This document shows positions 39,884-48,341 of a DNA stretch of 64,000 nt, one piece after another. Numbering within the stretch: the stretch's first letter is position 1; each line of letters opens with the position of its first letter. The notes under the pieces are model-generated. The model did not search any database and was not told where the DNA came from. It worked only from the letters and a program-made list of their open reading frames with translations. A program made the translations under genes and the position numbers. Origin of the DNA: an uncultured Solirubrobacteraceae bacterium (GTDB taxonomy: Bacteria; Actinomycetota; Thermoleophilia; Solirubrobacterales; Solirubrobacteraceae); assembly GCA_963802105.1 (NCBI GenBank), contig CAWDHJ010000002.1, positions 1,309,503 to 1,373,502 on the forward strand, in the 5' to 3' direction.

Positions 39884-40267
39884 ATGAGCTACACGGTGAA
39901 GAACCTCAGAGAGACGACGGACAGCGCGCCGAAGTTCGGCTTGGGCGAGCTCGGCGAGGCGCACTTCCCGCGCGAGGAGCTCGGCGCGGAGACGGTCGGC
40001 CTCGCCTATCAGGTGCTGAAGCCGGGCAAGCGCCAGGCGTTCGGGCACCGCCACGAGGAGGCCGAGGAGGTCTACGTCGTGCTGTCGGGCGGCGGGCGCG
40101 TGCGACTCGACGACGAGATCGTCGAGATCGGAGCGCTCGACGCGATCCGCGTCGAGCCGCGCGTGACGCGCGCGTTCGAGGCGGGCCCGGAGGGCATGGC
40201 TTGGATGGTGTTCGGCCCGCATCACGAGAAAGACGGCGAGCTCGACAGGGAGTTCTGGACGGACTGA
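39884..40267 (+). CDS. Cupin domain protein
   Basis: FGHRHEEAEEVYVVLSG. Confidence 0.85.
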   Translation: MSYTVKNLRETTDSAPKFGLGELGEAHFPREELGAETVGLAYQVLKPGKRQAFGHRHEEAEEVYVVLSGGGRVRLDDEIVEIGALDAIRVEPRVTRAFEAGPEGMAWMVFGPHHEKDGELDREFWTD

Positions 40268-40307
40268 GCGCGGGCCGCGGCTGCGGCGTCGCGGCCGGCC
40301 TGCCGGC

Positions 40308-41411
40308 TCACGCGGCGAGCAGCCGCTCGTACAGCGCGAGCGTGTGCGCGGCGATCGCCTGCCAGCCGTAGTCGCCGCGCGCAGCGTCGAGCGAGCCGCG
40401 CGCGAGCGCGGCGAGCGCATCGGGGTCGGCGAGCAGCTCGGCGAGCGCGTCGTGCAGCGCGCTCGCGTCGCCGGGCGGGACGGCGCGCGCGGCTCCGCGC
40501 GCGGCGATCTCGGCGAAGCCGCCGACGTCGGAGACGAGCAGCGGCTTGCCGAAGGCGAGCGCCGTGAACAGCACGCCGGACTGCTCGATCTCGCGGTAGG
40601 GCAGCACGACGAGGTCGGCGCGGGCGAAGTAGGAGGGCAGCTCGTCGTCGCCGACGAAGCGCGTGACGAAGCGGACGTTCGCGGGCGCGCGCGCGCGCAG
40701 CTCGGAGACGTCGATGCGCGCCATGCCGACGATCCACAGCTCGGCGCCGTCGATGCCGCGCCACGCGTCGAGCAGCACGTCGAGGCCCTTGTACGGACGC
40801 AGCAGGCCGAAGAACAGCACGACGCGCTTGTCGGTCTGAAACGGCGGCGGCGCGGCCGGTTGCTCGGCGAGGTGCGCGAAGGCGCCGTGCGGGATGACGT
40901 GCACGCGCTCGCGCTCGACGCCGAGCTCGTCGGTGAGGCGGTCGGCGCCGTGCTGCGAGTGCGCGACGATCGCGTCGAAGCGCTCGTACAGCGCGCGCTG
41001 TGCGTCGCGACGGCGCGCGCTCGCTTCGCGCGGCAGCACGTCGTGCGCGGTCAGCACGAGCGGCCGCGCGCGCGGCAGCAGCGAGCCGTCGAGCTGCTGC
41101 ACCGACAGCCACTGGAAGTGGACGACGTCGGCGCGCTGCGCGCTGCGGCGGTAGCGCAGCATGTCGGGCACGTGCTCGACGAGCTTCAGCGCGCGCCGCG
41201 CCCGCTGAACCGTCGCGCCTTCGCCGGGCAGGCGCGCGCTCGCGCGGTAGAACGCGTCGACGCGCCGGTAGCCGTCGGGCGCCGGGACCGAGCCGTAGGC
41301 GAAGCGGCTCGTGACGAGCTCGACGTCGGCGCCGGCCGCGGCGAGCGCGGCGCACAGCGCGTGGTCGTACGGCGGCGTGTAGGCCGACGGGTCGACGATC
41401 TGGACGCGCAT
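40308..41411 (-). CDS. GT4 glycosyltransferase
   Basis: FFGLLRPYKG, VLPYREIEQSGV, SDVGG. Confidence 0.92.
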   Translation of the reverse strand: MRVQIVDPSAYTPPYDHALCAALAAAGADVELVTSRFAYGSVPAPDGYRRVDAFYRASARLPGEGATVQRARRALKLVEHVPDMLRYRRSAQRADVVHFQWLSVQQLDGSLLPRARPLVLTAHDVLPREASARRRDAQRALYERFDAIVAHSQHGADRLTDELGVERERVHVIPHGAFAHLAEQPAAPPPFQTDKRVVLFFGLLRPYKGLDVLLDAWRGIDGAELWIVGMARIDVSELRARAPANVRFVTRFVGDDELPSYFARADLVVLPYREIEQSGVLFTALAFGKPLLVSDVGGFAEIAARGAARAVPPGDASALHDALAELLADPDALAALARGSLDAARGDYGWQAIAAHTLALYERLLAA

Positions 41412-41472
41412 CGCGCAGACGATAGGCGGATGCGGCTGTCCCGCTCGGGCTCACGCGTCGGAGCAGAAGGGC

Positions 41473-41661
41473 GTGAAGGTGCGCGTGATGATCAAGCTGA
41501 TCGAACGCGACGGCTGGCGACAGACGAGCCAGAGGGGCAGCCACCGGCAGTTCGAGCATCCGACGAAGTCCGGCAAGGTGACAGTTTCGGGCCACCGCAG
41601 CGACGAGCTGCATCCGAAAACGCAGGCTGGTATTTTCAGACAAGCAGGATTCATGCGATGA
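41473..41661 (+). CDS. hicA: HicA mRNA interferase toxin
   Basis: DGW...RGSHRQFEHP...VTV. Confidence 0.9.
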   Translation: MKVRVMIKLIERDGWRQTSQRGSHRQFEHPTKSGKVTVSGHRSDELHPKTQAGIFRQAGFMR

Positions 41662-41891
41662 TCGAAGCGGACAAGTACTTGATCTACGTCGAGGGCGGCC
41701 CACCGTCGAATTACTCTGCCTACTCGCCGGACGTGCAGGGCTGTGCGGCGACGGGAGCGACAGTCGACGAGTGCGTCGCCGAGATGCGCTCTACGTTGGA
41801 GTTTCATCTCGAGCGCATGCAGGAAGACGGCGAAGCGCTGCCGGCGCCTTCAGGTCCAGGCGTGTACGTCGAGCACCGTTCGGTCGCCTGA
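41658..41891 (+). CDS. hicB: Short HicB antitoxin
   Basis: YSAYSPDVQGCAATGATVDE...HLE...GEALP; ATGA overlap. Confidence 0.88.
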   Translation: MIEADKYLIYVEGGPPSNYSAYSPDVQGCAATGATVDECVAEMRSTLEFHLERMQEDGEALPAPSGPGVYVEHRSVA

Positions 41892-41915
41892 CGCACTCTG
41901 ACTAGAGTCCGCGCG

Positions 41916-42848
41916 GTGCCGGACGTCGAGGTCAGCTACTGCGTCGTCAACACGTCGCAGCGCGAGCTGCTGCTGCGCGGGCTCGACGCGATCGCGCGCG
42001 AGCGCGAAGCGCTGCCGTTCGCGAGCGAGGTGCTCGTGCTCGACAACGGCTCGCGCGACGGCTCGGCGGCGGCGGCCGAGGCTCATCCGGCGGTCGACCG
42101 CGTGATCGCGCTGCCCGAACGGCGCGGCAAGGGGCTGAACGACTCACACGTGCTGCGCGAGGCGCGCGGGCGCTACGCGCTGCTGCTCAACGAGGACTCC
42201 GAGCTGCAGAGCGGCGCGACGCTCGCGCTGTGGCGCGCGCTGCAGGAGCGAGCGGACGCGGCGTGCGCGGGCGCGCGGCTGCTGCGCCCGGACGGGCGCG
42301 AGCAGCCCTCGGCGTGGCGCTTTCCGACGCCGCTGACGGCGCTCGCCGGCGCGCTGCTGCTGCACCGCCGCTACACGGTGCAGAGCGGCGGCTCGCGCAC
42401 GCGCGTCGTCGACTGGTGCCAGTCGGCGGCGCTGCTCGTGCGCCGCGCGGCGGCGGCCGAGGTCGATTACCTCGACGCGGCGTTCTTCGTCTACTCCGAC
42501 GAGGTCGACTTCGCGCGACGGCTGCGCGACGCGGGGTGGCTGAGCTTGTACGTGCCGGGCGCCGTCGCGATCCATCACGAGCAGCTGTCGACCGACGCGG
42601 TTCCCGAGCGGCGCATCGTCGAACTCGCGCGCAACCGCGACCTGTACATGCGCAAGCACCACTCGGCGGCAGCCGCGCTCGCGGTGCGCTGGCTGACGGC
42701 GTGGCCGTACGCGCTGCGCGCGCTCGCGGCGCTCGCGCTGCCGGGCCGCTCGCCGCGGCGCTACTGGTGCCACGTGACGGCGACGCTGGCGCCGCAGCGC
42801 GGCGAGGGGCTGCGCGAGGCGGCGGCGCGCTACAACGCCGAGCGCTGA
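41916..42848 (+). CDS. GT2 glycosyltransferase (WbbL-like)
   Basis: VLDNGSRD, LLNEDSEL, FFVYSDEVD. Confidence 0.9.
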   Translation: MPDVEVSYCVVNTSQRELLLRGLDAIAREREALPFASEVLVLDNGSRDGSAAAAEAHPAVDRVIALPERRGKGLNDSHVLREARGRYALLLNEDSELQSGATLALWRALQERADAACAGARLLRPDGREQPSAWRFPTPLTALAGALLLHRRYTVQSGGSRTRVVDWCQSAALLVRRAAAAEVDYLDAAFFVYSDEVDFARRLRDAGWLSLYVPGAVAIHHEQLSTDAVPERRIVELARNRDLYMRKHHSAAAALAVRWLTAWPYALRALAALALPGRSPRRYWCHVTATLAPQRGEGLREAAARYNAER

Positions 42849-44056
42849 ACGCCGAGCTCGTCGAGCAGCGCGTCGACGACGCGCGGGTCGAGCTGGCTGC
42901 CGGACACGCGCAGCAGCTCGCGCGCTGCGTCGTTCGGCTCGCGCGCGGCGCGGTACGGACGGTCGGTGACGATCGCCTCGTACGTGTCGCACGCGGCGAT
43001 GATGCGCGCGGCGAGTGGGATCCGCTCGCCGGCGAGCCCGTCGGGATAGCCGCCGCCGTCCCAGCGCTCGTGGCTCGCGCGCACGGCCGCCGCGAGGTGC
43101 TCGAAGGCGGGGATGCGCGCGACGAGCGCGCCGCCGATCGCCGCGTGGCTGCGCATCGTCACCCACTCCTCGTCGGTCAGCGGCGCCGGCTTGAGCAGGA
43201 TCTCGCTCGGGATCGCGACCTTGCCGACGTCGTGCAGCAGCGCCGCGTGACGCACGTCGACGGCGCGCGAGCTCTCGACGCCGAGGCGCGTCGCGACGCG
43301 CTGCGCGAGCTCGCCGACCTGCTCCTCGTGCGAGGCCGTGTAGTCGTCCTTCGCCTCGACCGTGCTCATCAGCGCCGTCAGCGTCGTCGTGAACGTCTGC
43401 TCGAGGTCGGCGACGAGCTGCGCGCGGTGGATCGAGGAGCCGAGGCTCGCGGCGACGGCCTCGACGAGCAGCGCGTCGGCCTCGCTCAGCGCGCGCGGCT
43501 CGGGCGCCTCGATGTTCAGCACGCCCCAGACCGCGCCGTCGACGAAGATCGGCACGCTCAGCTCGGCGCGCGGGTCGGTCTTCGGGTCGCGCTGCATGTA
43601 GTCGTCGTCCTCGCGCGTGTCGTCGATCAGCTCGCTGCGCCCCGAGCGCGCGACGCGCCCGTTGACGCCCTCGTGCAGCGACTGCTCGACGAGCAGGAAC
43701 TCGGCCATCACCTCGGCGAGCGCGCCGCTGCCGGCGATCAGCCGCAGCGTCTCCTCGTCGGCGTCGAGCCGCTGGATCGCGACGAGGTAGAACGCGAACG
43801 TCTCGTGCAGCTCGTCGACGACGTGGCGCACGATCTGCTGGACGTCGTTCGTGCTCGCCAGGCGCGCCGTCAGCCGCGCGGCGAGCTGCAGCTGCGCGCG
43901 CAGGTACGCGACCTCGCCGGCCGCCGCCATCTGGCGCGTGCGCTCGTCGGCGCGATGGTCGCGCAGCGCCTCGGCACGGCGCTTGCGCTCCTGCGCGCCC
44001 GCCGTCCCACGCTGCGCGGCCGGCGATCTACGCTGCGTGACGGCCAGCTCGGGCAT
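42830..44056 (-). CDS. GAF + HD-GYP phosphodiesterase
   Basis: GVNGRVAR...ELSVPI GAF; LLHDVGK, HERWDGGGYPDGL, ARIIAACD. Confidence 0.92.
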   Translation of the reverse strand: MPELAVTQRRSPAAQRGTAGAQERKRRAEALRDHRADERTRQMAAAGEVAYLRAQLQLAARLTARLASTNDVQQIVRHVVDELHETFAFYLVAIQRLDADEETLRLIAGSGALAEVMAEFLLVEQSLHEGVNGRVARSGRSELIDDTREDDDYMQRDPKTDPRAELSVPIFVDGAVWGVLNIEAPEPRALSEADALLVEAVAASLGSSIHRAQLVADLEQTFTTTLTALMSTVEAKDDYTASHEEQVGELAQRVATRLGVESSRAVDVRHAALLHDVGKVAIPSEILLKPAPLTDEEWVTMRSHAAIGGALVARIPAFEHLAAAVRASHERWDGGGYPDGLAGERIPLAARIIAACDTYEAIVTDRPYRAAREPNDAARELLRVSGSQLDPRVVDALLDELGVQRSAL

Positions 44057-44133
44057 GTTGATCGGATAATCGGCTGCACCGGCCGCCCACTTGACACCAA
44101 CTGGACACTTCCGTCCTCCGCCCCTGACGGCCG

Positions 44134-45663
44134 TCAGAGGTCGCGGAGCGGGTCCTCGGCGTATTCCTCGACGTCGCCGTGTCCGGCGCGGAACGCCGCG
44201 ACGCGCCGACGGCCGTCGGCGAGCAGCGCGCGCGCCTGCGTGCGCTCGTCGGCGCCGAAGAAGCGCGTCAGCAGCAGCAGCGCCGGCGCGAGGCACAGCC
44301 ACAGCGCGCGCAGCGCGATGCCGGCGAAGCCGCTGCTCGGCAGGAGCAGCTCGCCCGAGACGGCGACGCCGGCGAGGATCGCGACGGCCTGCGCGAGGCG
44401 CCGCCACTCGAAGGCGACCGCGAACAGGCGCCGCGTCAACAGGTGCATGATCAGCAGCATCGCGACGTAGGAGCCGCACAGCGCGATGCCGGCGCCCGCG
44501 ATGCCGAGCCCGGCGCCGCCATGCGGCACGAGCACGAGCAGCAGCGCGATGTTGACGAGCAGCCCGGCGCCGGCCGCCGGCAGGTTGCGCTGCGTCACGC
44601 GCGCGCGTCCGGTGATCACGATCATCACCTGGTAGAGCCCGTACAGCGTCCACGCGAGCGCGAGCCACGGCAGCGCCGCGTGCGCGCCGAAGTACTGCGG
44701 TGCGGCGAGCAGGCGCACGATCCAGCGCCCGAGCAGCGCGACGCCGGCGACGACGATGCCCGTCGCGAGCACAAAGTAAGTCGTCACGATCGCGTACAGG
44801 CGCGACGCCTCGGCGTCGCTGTCGATCGAGTACGCGAGCGGCGGCCACGCGTACTGGAAGCCGCGCACGATCACGAAGACGACCGTCGCGAACTGCAGCG
44901 CGACCGAGTAGTCGCCGGCCGCCGCGTGCGAGTAGCTGCGGTAGATGTAGAAGCGGTCGGCGACCTGCAGCGCGTAGACGCTCGCGTCGGCCGGCACCGT
45001 CGGCAGCCCGAAGCGCAGCATCGCGCGCAGGTCCGCGACGCGCGCACGCAGGCTGAAGCGCCGGCGCAGCACCCACCACAGCCCGAGCACGACGAGCGCC
45101 GACGCGCCGAAGTTGCCGAGCAGCAGGCCGCGCGCGCCCTGGCCGGCGAAGACGACGAGCGCGACCGTGAACGTCACCGTCAGCGCGACGTTCGCGCCCG
45201 ACGCGTAGACGTACGCGCGCGCGCGCTCGTCGACGCGCAGCTGCGCGTAGGCCATCTCGAGGTTCGTGAACGCCCACAGGCCGACGACCGCGCAGTCGAT
45301 CAGCAGCGGGTCGTCGATCCCGAGCAGCAGCCGCGAGAGCGAGCCGGCGAAGACGACGGCGATCACCGACGCGACGCTCGTCGTCCATGCCACGGTCGCC
45401 GTTGCCGTGCGCGCGATCCGCTCGCGCCGCCCGGGATCGTCGTCGTCAAAGTAAAAACGAATGAACGCCTCGCCGACGCCGACGCGCAGGAAGATGCTCG
45501 CGAGGATCACGGCCGTCAGCAGCGAGTTCGCCGCGCCGTACCCCGCCGGCGAGATGTGGCGCGTGTACAGCGGGATCGTCACGAGCGCGATCCCCTTCGC
45601 GACGATGTCGCCGAACTGGTAGGCCGCGCCCGTCGTCACGAGGCGCTTCAGGTAGCCGCGCAC
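44134..45663 (-). CDS. Wzx-type oligosaccharide flippase
   Basis: About 14 TMs; IPLYTRHISPAGYG, MLRFGLP, ADR. Confidence 0.88.
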   Translation of the reverse strand: MRGYLKRLVTTGAAYQFGDIVAKGIALVTIPLYTRHISPAGYGAANSLLTAVILASIFLRVGVGEAFIRFYFDDDDPGRRERIARTATATVAWTTSVASVIAVVFAGSLSRLLLGIDDPLLIDCAVVGLWAFTNLEMAYAQLRVDERARAYVYASGANVALTVTFTVALVVFAGQGARGLLLGNFGASALVVLGLWWVLRRRFSLRARVADLRAMLRFGLPTVPADASVYALQVADRFYIYRSYSHAAAGDYSVALQFATVVFVIVRGFQYAWPPLAYSIDSDAEASRLYAIVTTYFVLATGIVVAGVALLGRWIVRLLAAPQYFGAHAALPWLALAWTLYGLYQVMIVITGRARVTQRNLPAAGAGLLVNIALLLVLVPHGGAGLGIAGAGIALCGSYVAMLLIMHLLTRRLFAVAFEWRRLAQAVAILAGVAVSGELLLPSSGFAGIALRALWLCLAPALLLLTRFFGADERTQARALLADGRRRVAAFRAGHGDVEEYAEDPLRDL

Positions 45664-45673
45664 GGCCGAGAAC

Positions 45674-47029
45674 CTACTCGCGCGCGAGCGCCGCCTCGGC
45701 GCCGGCCGGCGTCGCGAGCGTCTGCGCGTCGCGCTCGTCCGGCGCCTCGCGCCGCGAGAGCGCGAGGCCGATCCCGAGCAGCGTCCACGTCAGCGGGTCC
45801 TCGAGGAAGTCGGCGTACGCGAACGTGTGCAGCACGAGCGCCGCGAACGCCGCCGCGATCGCCAGGCGGGGCGGCGAGCGGCCGGCGCCTCTGAACAGCG
45901 TCAGGAACGCGACGACGAGCAGCGCGACGTACAGCGCGAGGCCGACGATCCCCTGCTCGGCCGCGACCGTGATCGGGATCGTGTGCGAAGCCGACGTCGC
46001 GTTCTGCGCGCCCGTCTTCGAGTGTTCTTCGTACTGCTTCTGGAACGAGCCCGACCCATAGCCTTGCAGCGGCCGTTTCGCGAACAGTTCGAGGCCGCCT
46101 TCGATCAGCTTCGTGCGTCCGTTCGTCGCGTTCTGCGTCGAGCCGCCCGAGCCCTTCAGACCGAAGTGCCAGCCGGCCGGCGCGAGCAGCACGACGAGCA
46201 GCGCGAGCACGACGAGCGAGATCGTCACGTACGCCGTCACGAGCTTGTCCCAACGGTAGGCCGCGAGCAGCGCGAGCCCGAGCAGCAGCGCCGCGATGCT
46301 CGACTGCGAGAAGCTCGTCACGAGGCCCGCGAGCAGCCACAGGAGCACCGCGCTCGCGAGCAGCACGTCGCGCTCGCGCCAGCGCCACAGCACGATCGCG
46401 CTGACCGCGATCATCACGAGCGCGAGGAAGCGCCCGTAGATGTTCGGGTCGAAGAACAGCGAGTTGACGCGGAAGTAGTTGTCGTACTCGTTCGCCGTGA
46501 CGACCTTCGGGTTCAGGAACAGTTCCTTGCGCGCGTACTCGACGAAGCCGATCCCCGCAAACACGACCGCCAGCGCGACCGCGATCGCCAGGCAGCGCAG
46601 CAAGAGCTCGCGCGTCCAGCGCACGTCGCGCAGCATCAAGAACAGCAGCGCGAACGGCACGTAGAAGAACGCGAGGTTCTCCGCCGCCTTCGCCTTGTCG
46701 CTCGAGTACACCGTCTGCAGCGCGTACAACACGATCGACGCGAGCAGCAGCCACTCGAGCCTCCCGAGCCCGCGCTCCTCGCGCGCGAAGAGGCGCGGCA
46801 GCAGGTGCGCGATCGCGCCGGCCGCGACGACGAGGTACAGCGGGATCAGCAGGTTCACCGTGCGCCCGTCGGCCGAGATCGGCAGGCGAAACGGCAGCGC
46901 CGCGATCGCCAGCAGCGGGAACGCGTCCGCGCGGCGGCGCATCAGCACGACGAGCGCCGCAATCACGACCGCCGCGCCGAGCACAGCCGCGACCGCCGCG
47001 CCGGCGCCGATCGAGCTCGCGAGGATCAC
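45674..47029 (-). CDS. O-antigen ligase/polymerase (Wzy_C) family membrane protein
   Basis: RVNSLFFDPN, PLQGYGSGSF, SHTIPITVAAEQGIVG; GTGA overlap. Confidence 0.85.
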   Translation of the reverse strand: MILASSIGAGAAVAAVLGAAVVIAALVVLMRRRADAFPLLAIAALPFRLPISADGRTVNLLIPLYLVVAAGAIAHLLPRLFAREERGLGRLEWLLLASIVLYALQTVYSSDKAKAAENLAFFYVPFALLFLMLRDVRWTRELLLRCLAIAVALAVVFAGIGFVEYARKELFLNPKVVTANEYDNYFRVNSLFFDPNIYGRFLALVMIAVSAIVLWRWRERDVLLASAVLLWLLAGLVTSFSQSSIAALLLGLALLAAYRWDKLVTAYVTISLVVLALLVVLLAPAGWHFGLKGSGGSTQNATNGRTKLIEGGLELFAKRPLQGYGSGSFQKQYEEHSKTGAQNATSASHTIPITVAAEQGIVGLALYVALLVVAFLTLFRGAGRSPPRLAIAAAFAALVLHTFAYADFLEDPLTWTLLGIGLALSRREAPDERDAQTLATPAGAEAALARE

Positions 47030-47547
47030 TTGCGCGCCAGCTTGAAGCCGCGCGGCGAGAGCACCGTGCGGCGCTGCTCGCGCAGGCTCACGCGAACGCG
47101 GTATTCGCCGGCCGGCGCCGCCGCGCCGTCGAGCCGCGGCGCGAGCGCCGTCGTCCCGTCAGGCCCCGGCACGTGCGCGTAGGAGCGCACCGTCCCGCGC
47201 CGGCCGTCCCAGCGCAGCGAGAACTGTTTGTAGCGCGCGATCGGATAGTCGCGCGTCAGCGTCGCGACCGTCGCGCCCGACGAGTCGATGATCGTCACCG
47301 TCGCGCCGTCGGCCCGCGCGAGCTTGAACGAGATGCGCTCTTCTTTGATGTGCCCCGCCGGCGTCGGCGAGAAGAACGGCGTCAGCTTGAACGTCTGCAC
47401 GACCGTCGGCGTGTGCTTCAGGCGCTGCGTCAGGAAGAACGCGACGAAGCACGCGAGCACGAGCAGCGCGAAGATCGTCCGCGCGAGCCGCTCCGTCGCC
47501 GCGTCCGCCGCGCCGCCGCGCTCGGCGGCGCCCGCCGCCGCCGTCAA
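47026..47547 (-). CDS. Membrane-anchored FlgD-type Ig-like domain protein
   Basis: TM FALLVLACFVAFFL; FSP, VTIIDSSGATVATL, WDGR, AGEYRVRV; TTG overlapping comA stop. Confidence 0.72.
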   Translation of the reverse strand: MTAAAGAAERGGAADAATERLARTIFALLVLACFVAFFLTQRLKHTPTVVQTFKLTPFFSPTPAGHIKEERISFKLARADGATVTIIDSSGATVATLTRDYPIARYKQFSLRWDGRRGTVRSYAHVPGPDGTTALAPRLDGAAAPAGEYRVRVSLREQRRTVLSPRGFKLARK

Positions 47548-48341
47548 TCGCCCGCGGCCGTCCCTCCGGCCGCCTCGTCGCCGCCACCGAGCGCGAAGCG
47601 CTCGACCGTGTCCGAGCGCAGGCCGAGGCGCAGCGTCTCCAGCGACAGCACGTCGTCGGGCGCGATGTTGCCGAGATTGCACTCCGTCCCGAAGCGCGAC
47701 AGCAGCCACACCTGCTGCGGGCGCAGCGGCGCCTCGAAGAGGAGCCGGTCGACGTCGACCGCGTGCGCGATCTCGTCGATCAGCCCCGTGCGCGGCTCGC
47801 CGTCGGCGCGGTAGATGCCCGCGTTGCCCGACTCGCGCGCCTCCGTGATCACCTTCCACGCGCCCGCGTCGAGGTCGCGTTCGATCTGCTCGACCCACAC
47901 GTACGGCGCCATGATGAAGTCCGCGTCCTTGTTGCCGACCTCCGCGAGCACGACGAACTCGCCCGACAGCCGTTCGATCAGCGCGCGCTTGCGCTGCGGC
48001 TCGATCGCGATCGTGCCGTCGGAGACCTCGACGTGGCGCAGCCCGAGCTCGCGCAGCCACGCGACGAGGCCGTCGACCCTGCCCTGGCGGATCGCGACCT
48101 CCGTCAGCGTGCCGCCGAGCACGACCGGGATCTCGTGCTCGGCGTAGCGCGCGAGCTTCGCCTCGAGGTTGCCCGTCACGAGCGCCGTGCCCCAGCCGAG
48201 CTTGACGATGTCGACGCTCGCGCCGGCGACCTCGAGCATCCCGTCGACCTCGGCGACCGACAGGCCGCGGTCGATCACGTGCGTTAGCCCCCGCTCGCGC
48301 GGCTTGGCCGAGCGCTCGGGGATGTCGAGGAACGCGCTTAT
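47544..48341 (-). CDS. comA: (2R)-phospho-3-sulfolactate synthase
   Basis: KPRERGLTHVIDRG, VKLGWGT, GGTLTE, EVSDG, EVGNK, EARESG, FEAP, NLGNI, LETLRLGLRSDT; ATA start at 48341 inferred. Confidence 0.9.
   Translation of the reverse strand: MSAFLDIPERSAKPRERGLTHVIDRGLSVAEVDGMLEVAGASVDIVKLGWGTALVTGNLEAKLARYAEHEIPVVLGGTLTEVAIRQGRVDGLVAWLRELGLRHVEVSDGTIAIEPQRKRALIERLSGEFVVLAEVGNKDADFIMAPYVWVEQIERDLDAGAWKVITEARESGNAGIYRADGEPRTGLIDEIAHAVDVDRLLFEAPLRPQQVWLLSRFGTECNLGNIAPDDVLSLETLRLGLRSDTVERFALGGGDEAAGGTAAGD

Noticed and set aside
47544-48341. comA as evidence of a coenzyme M or alkene-oxidation cluster
   Set aside because: No other CoM biosynthesis or alkene monooxygenase genes in the window; they could still exist elsewhere in the genome.
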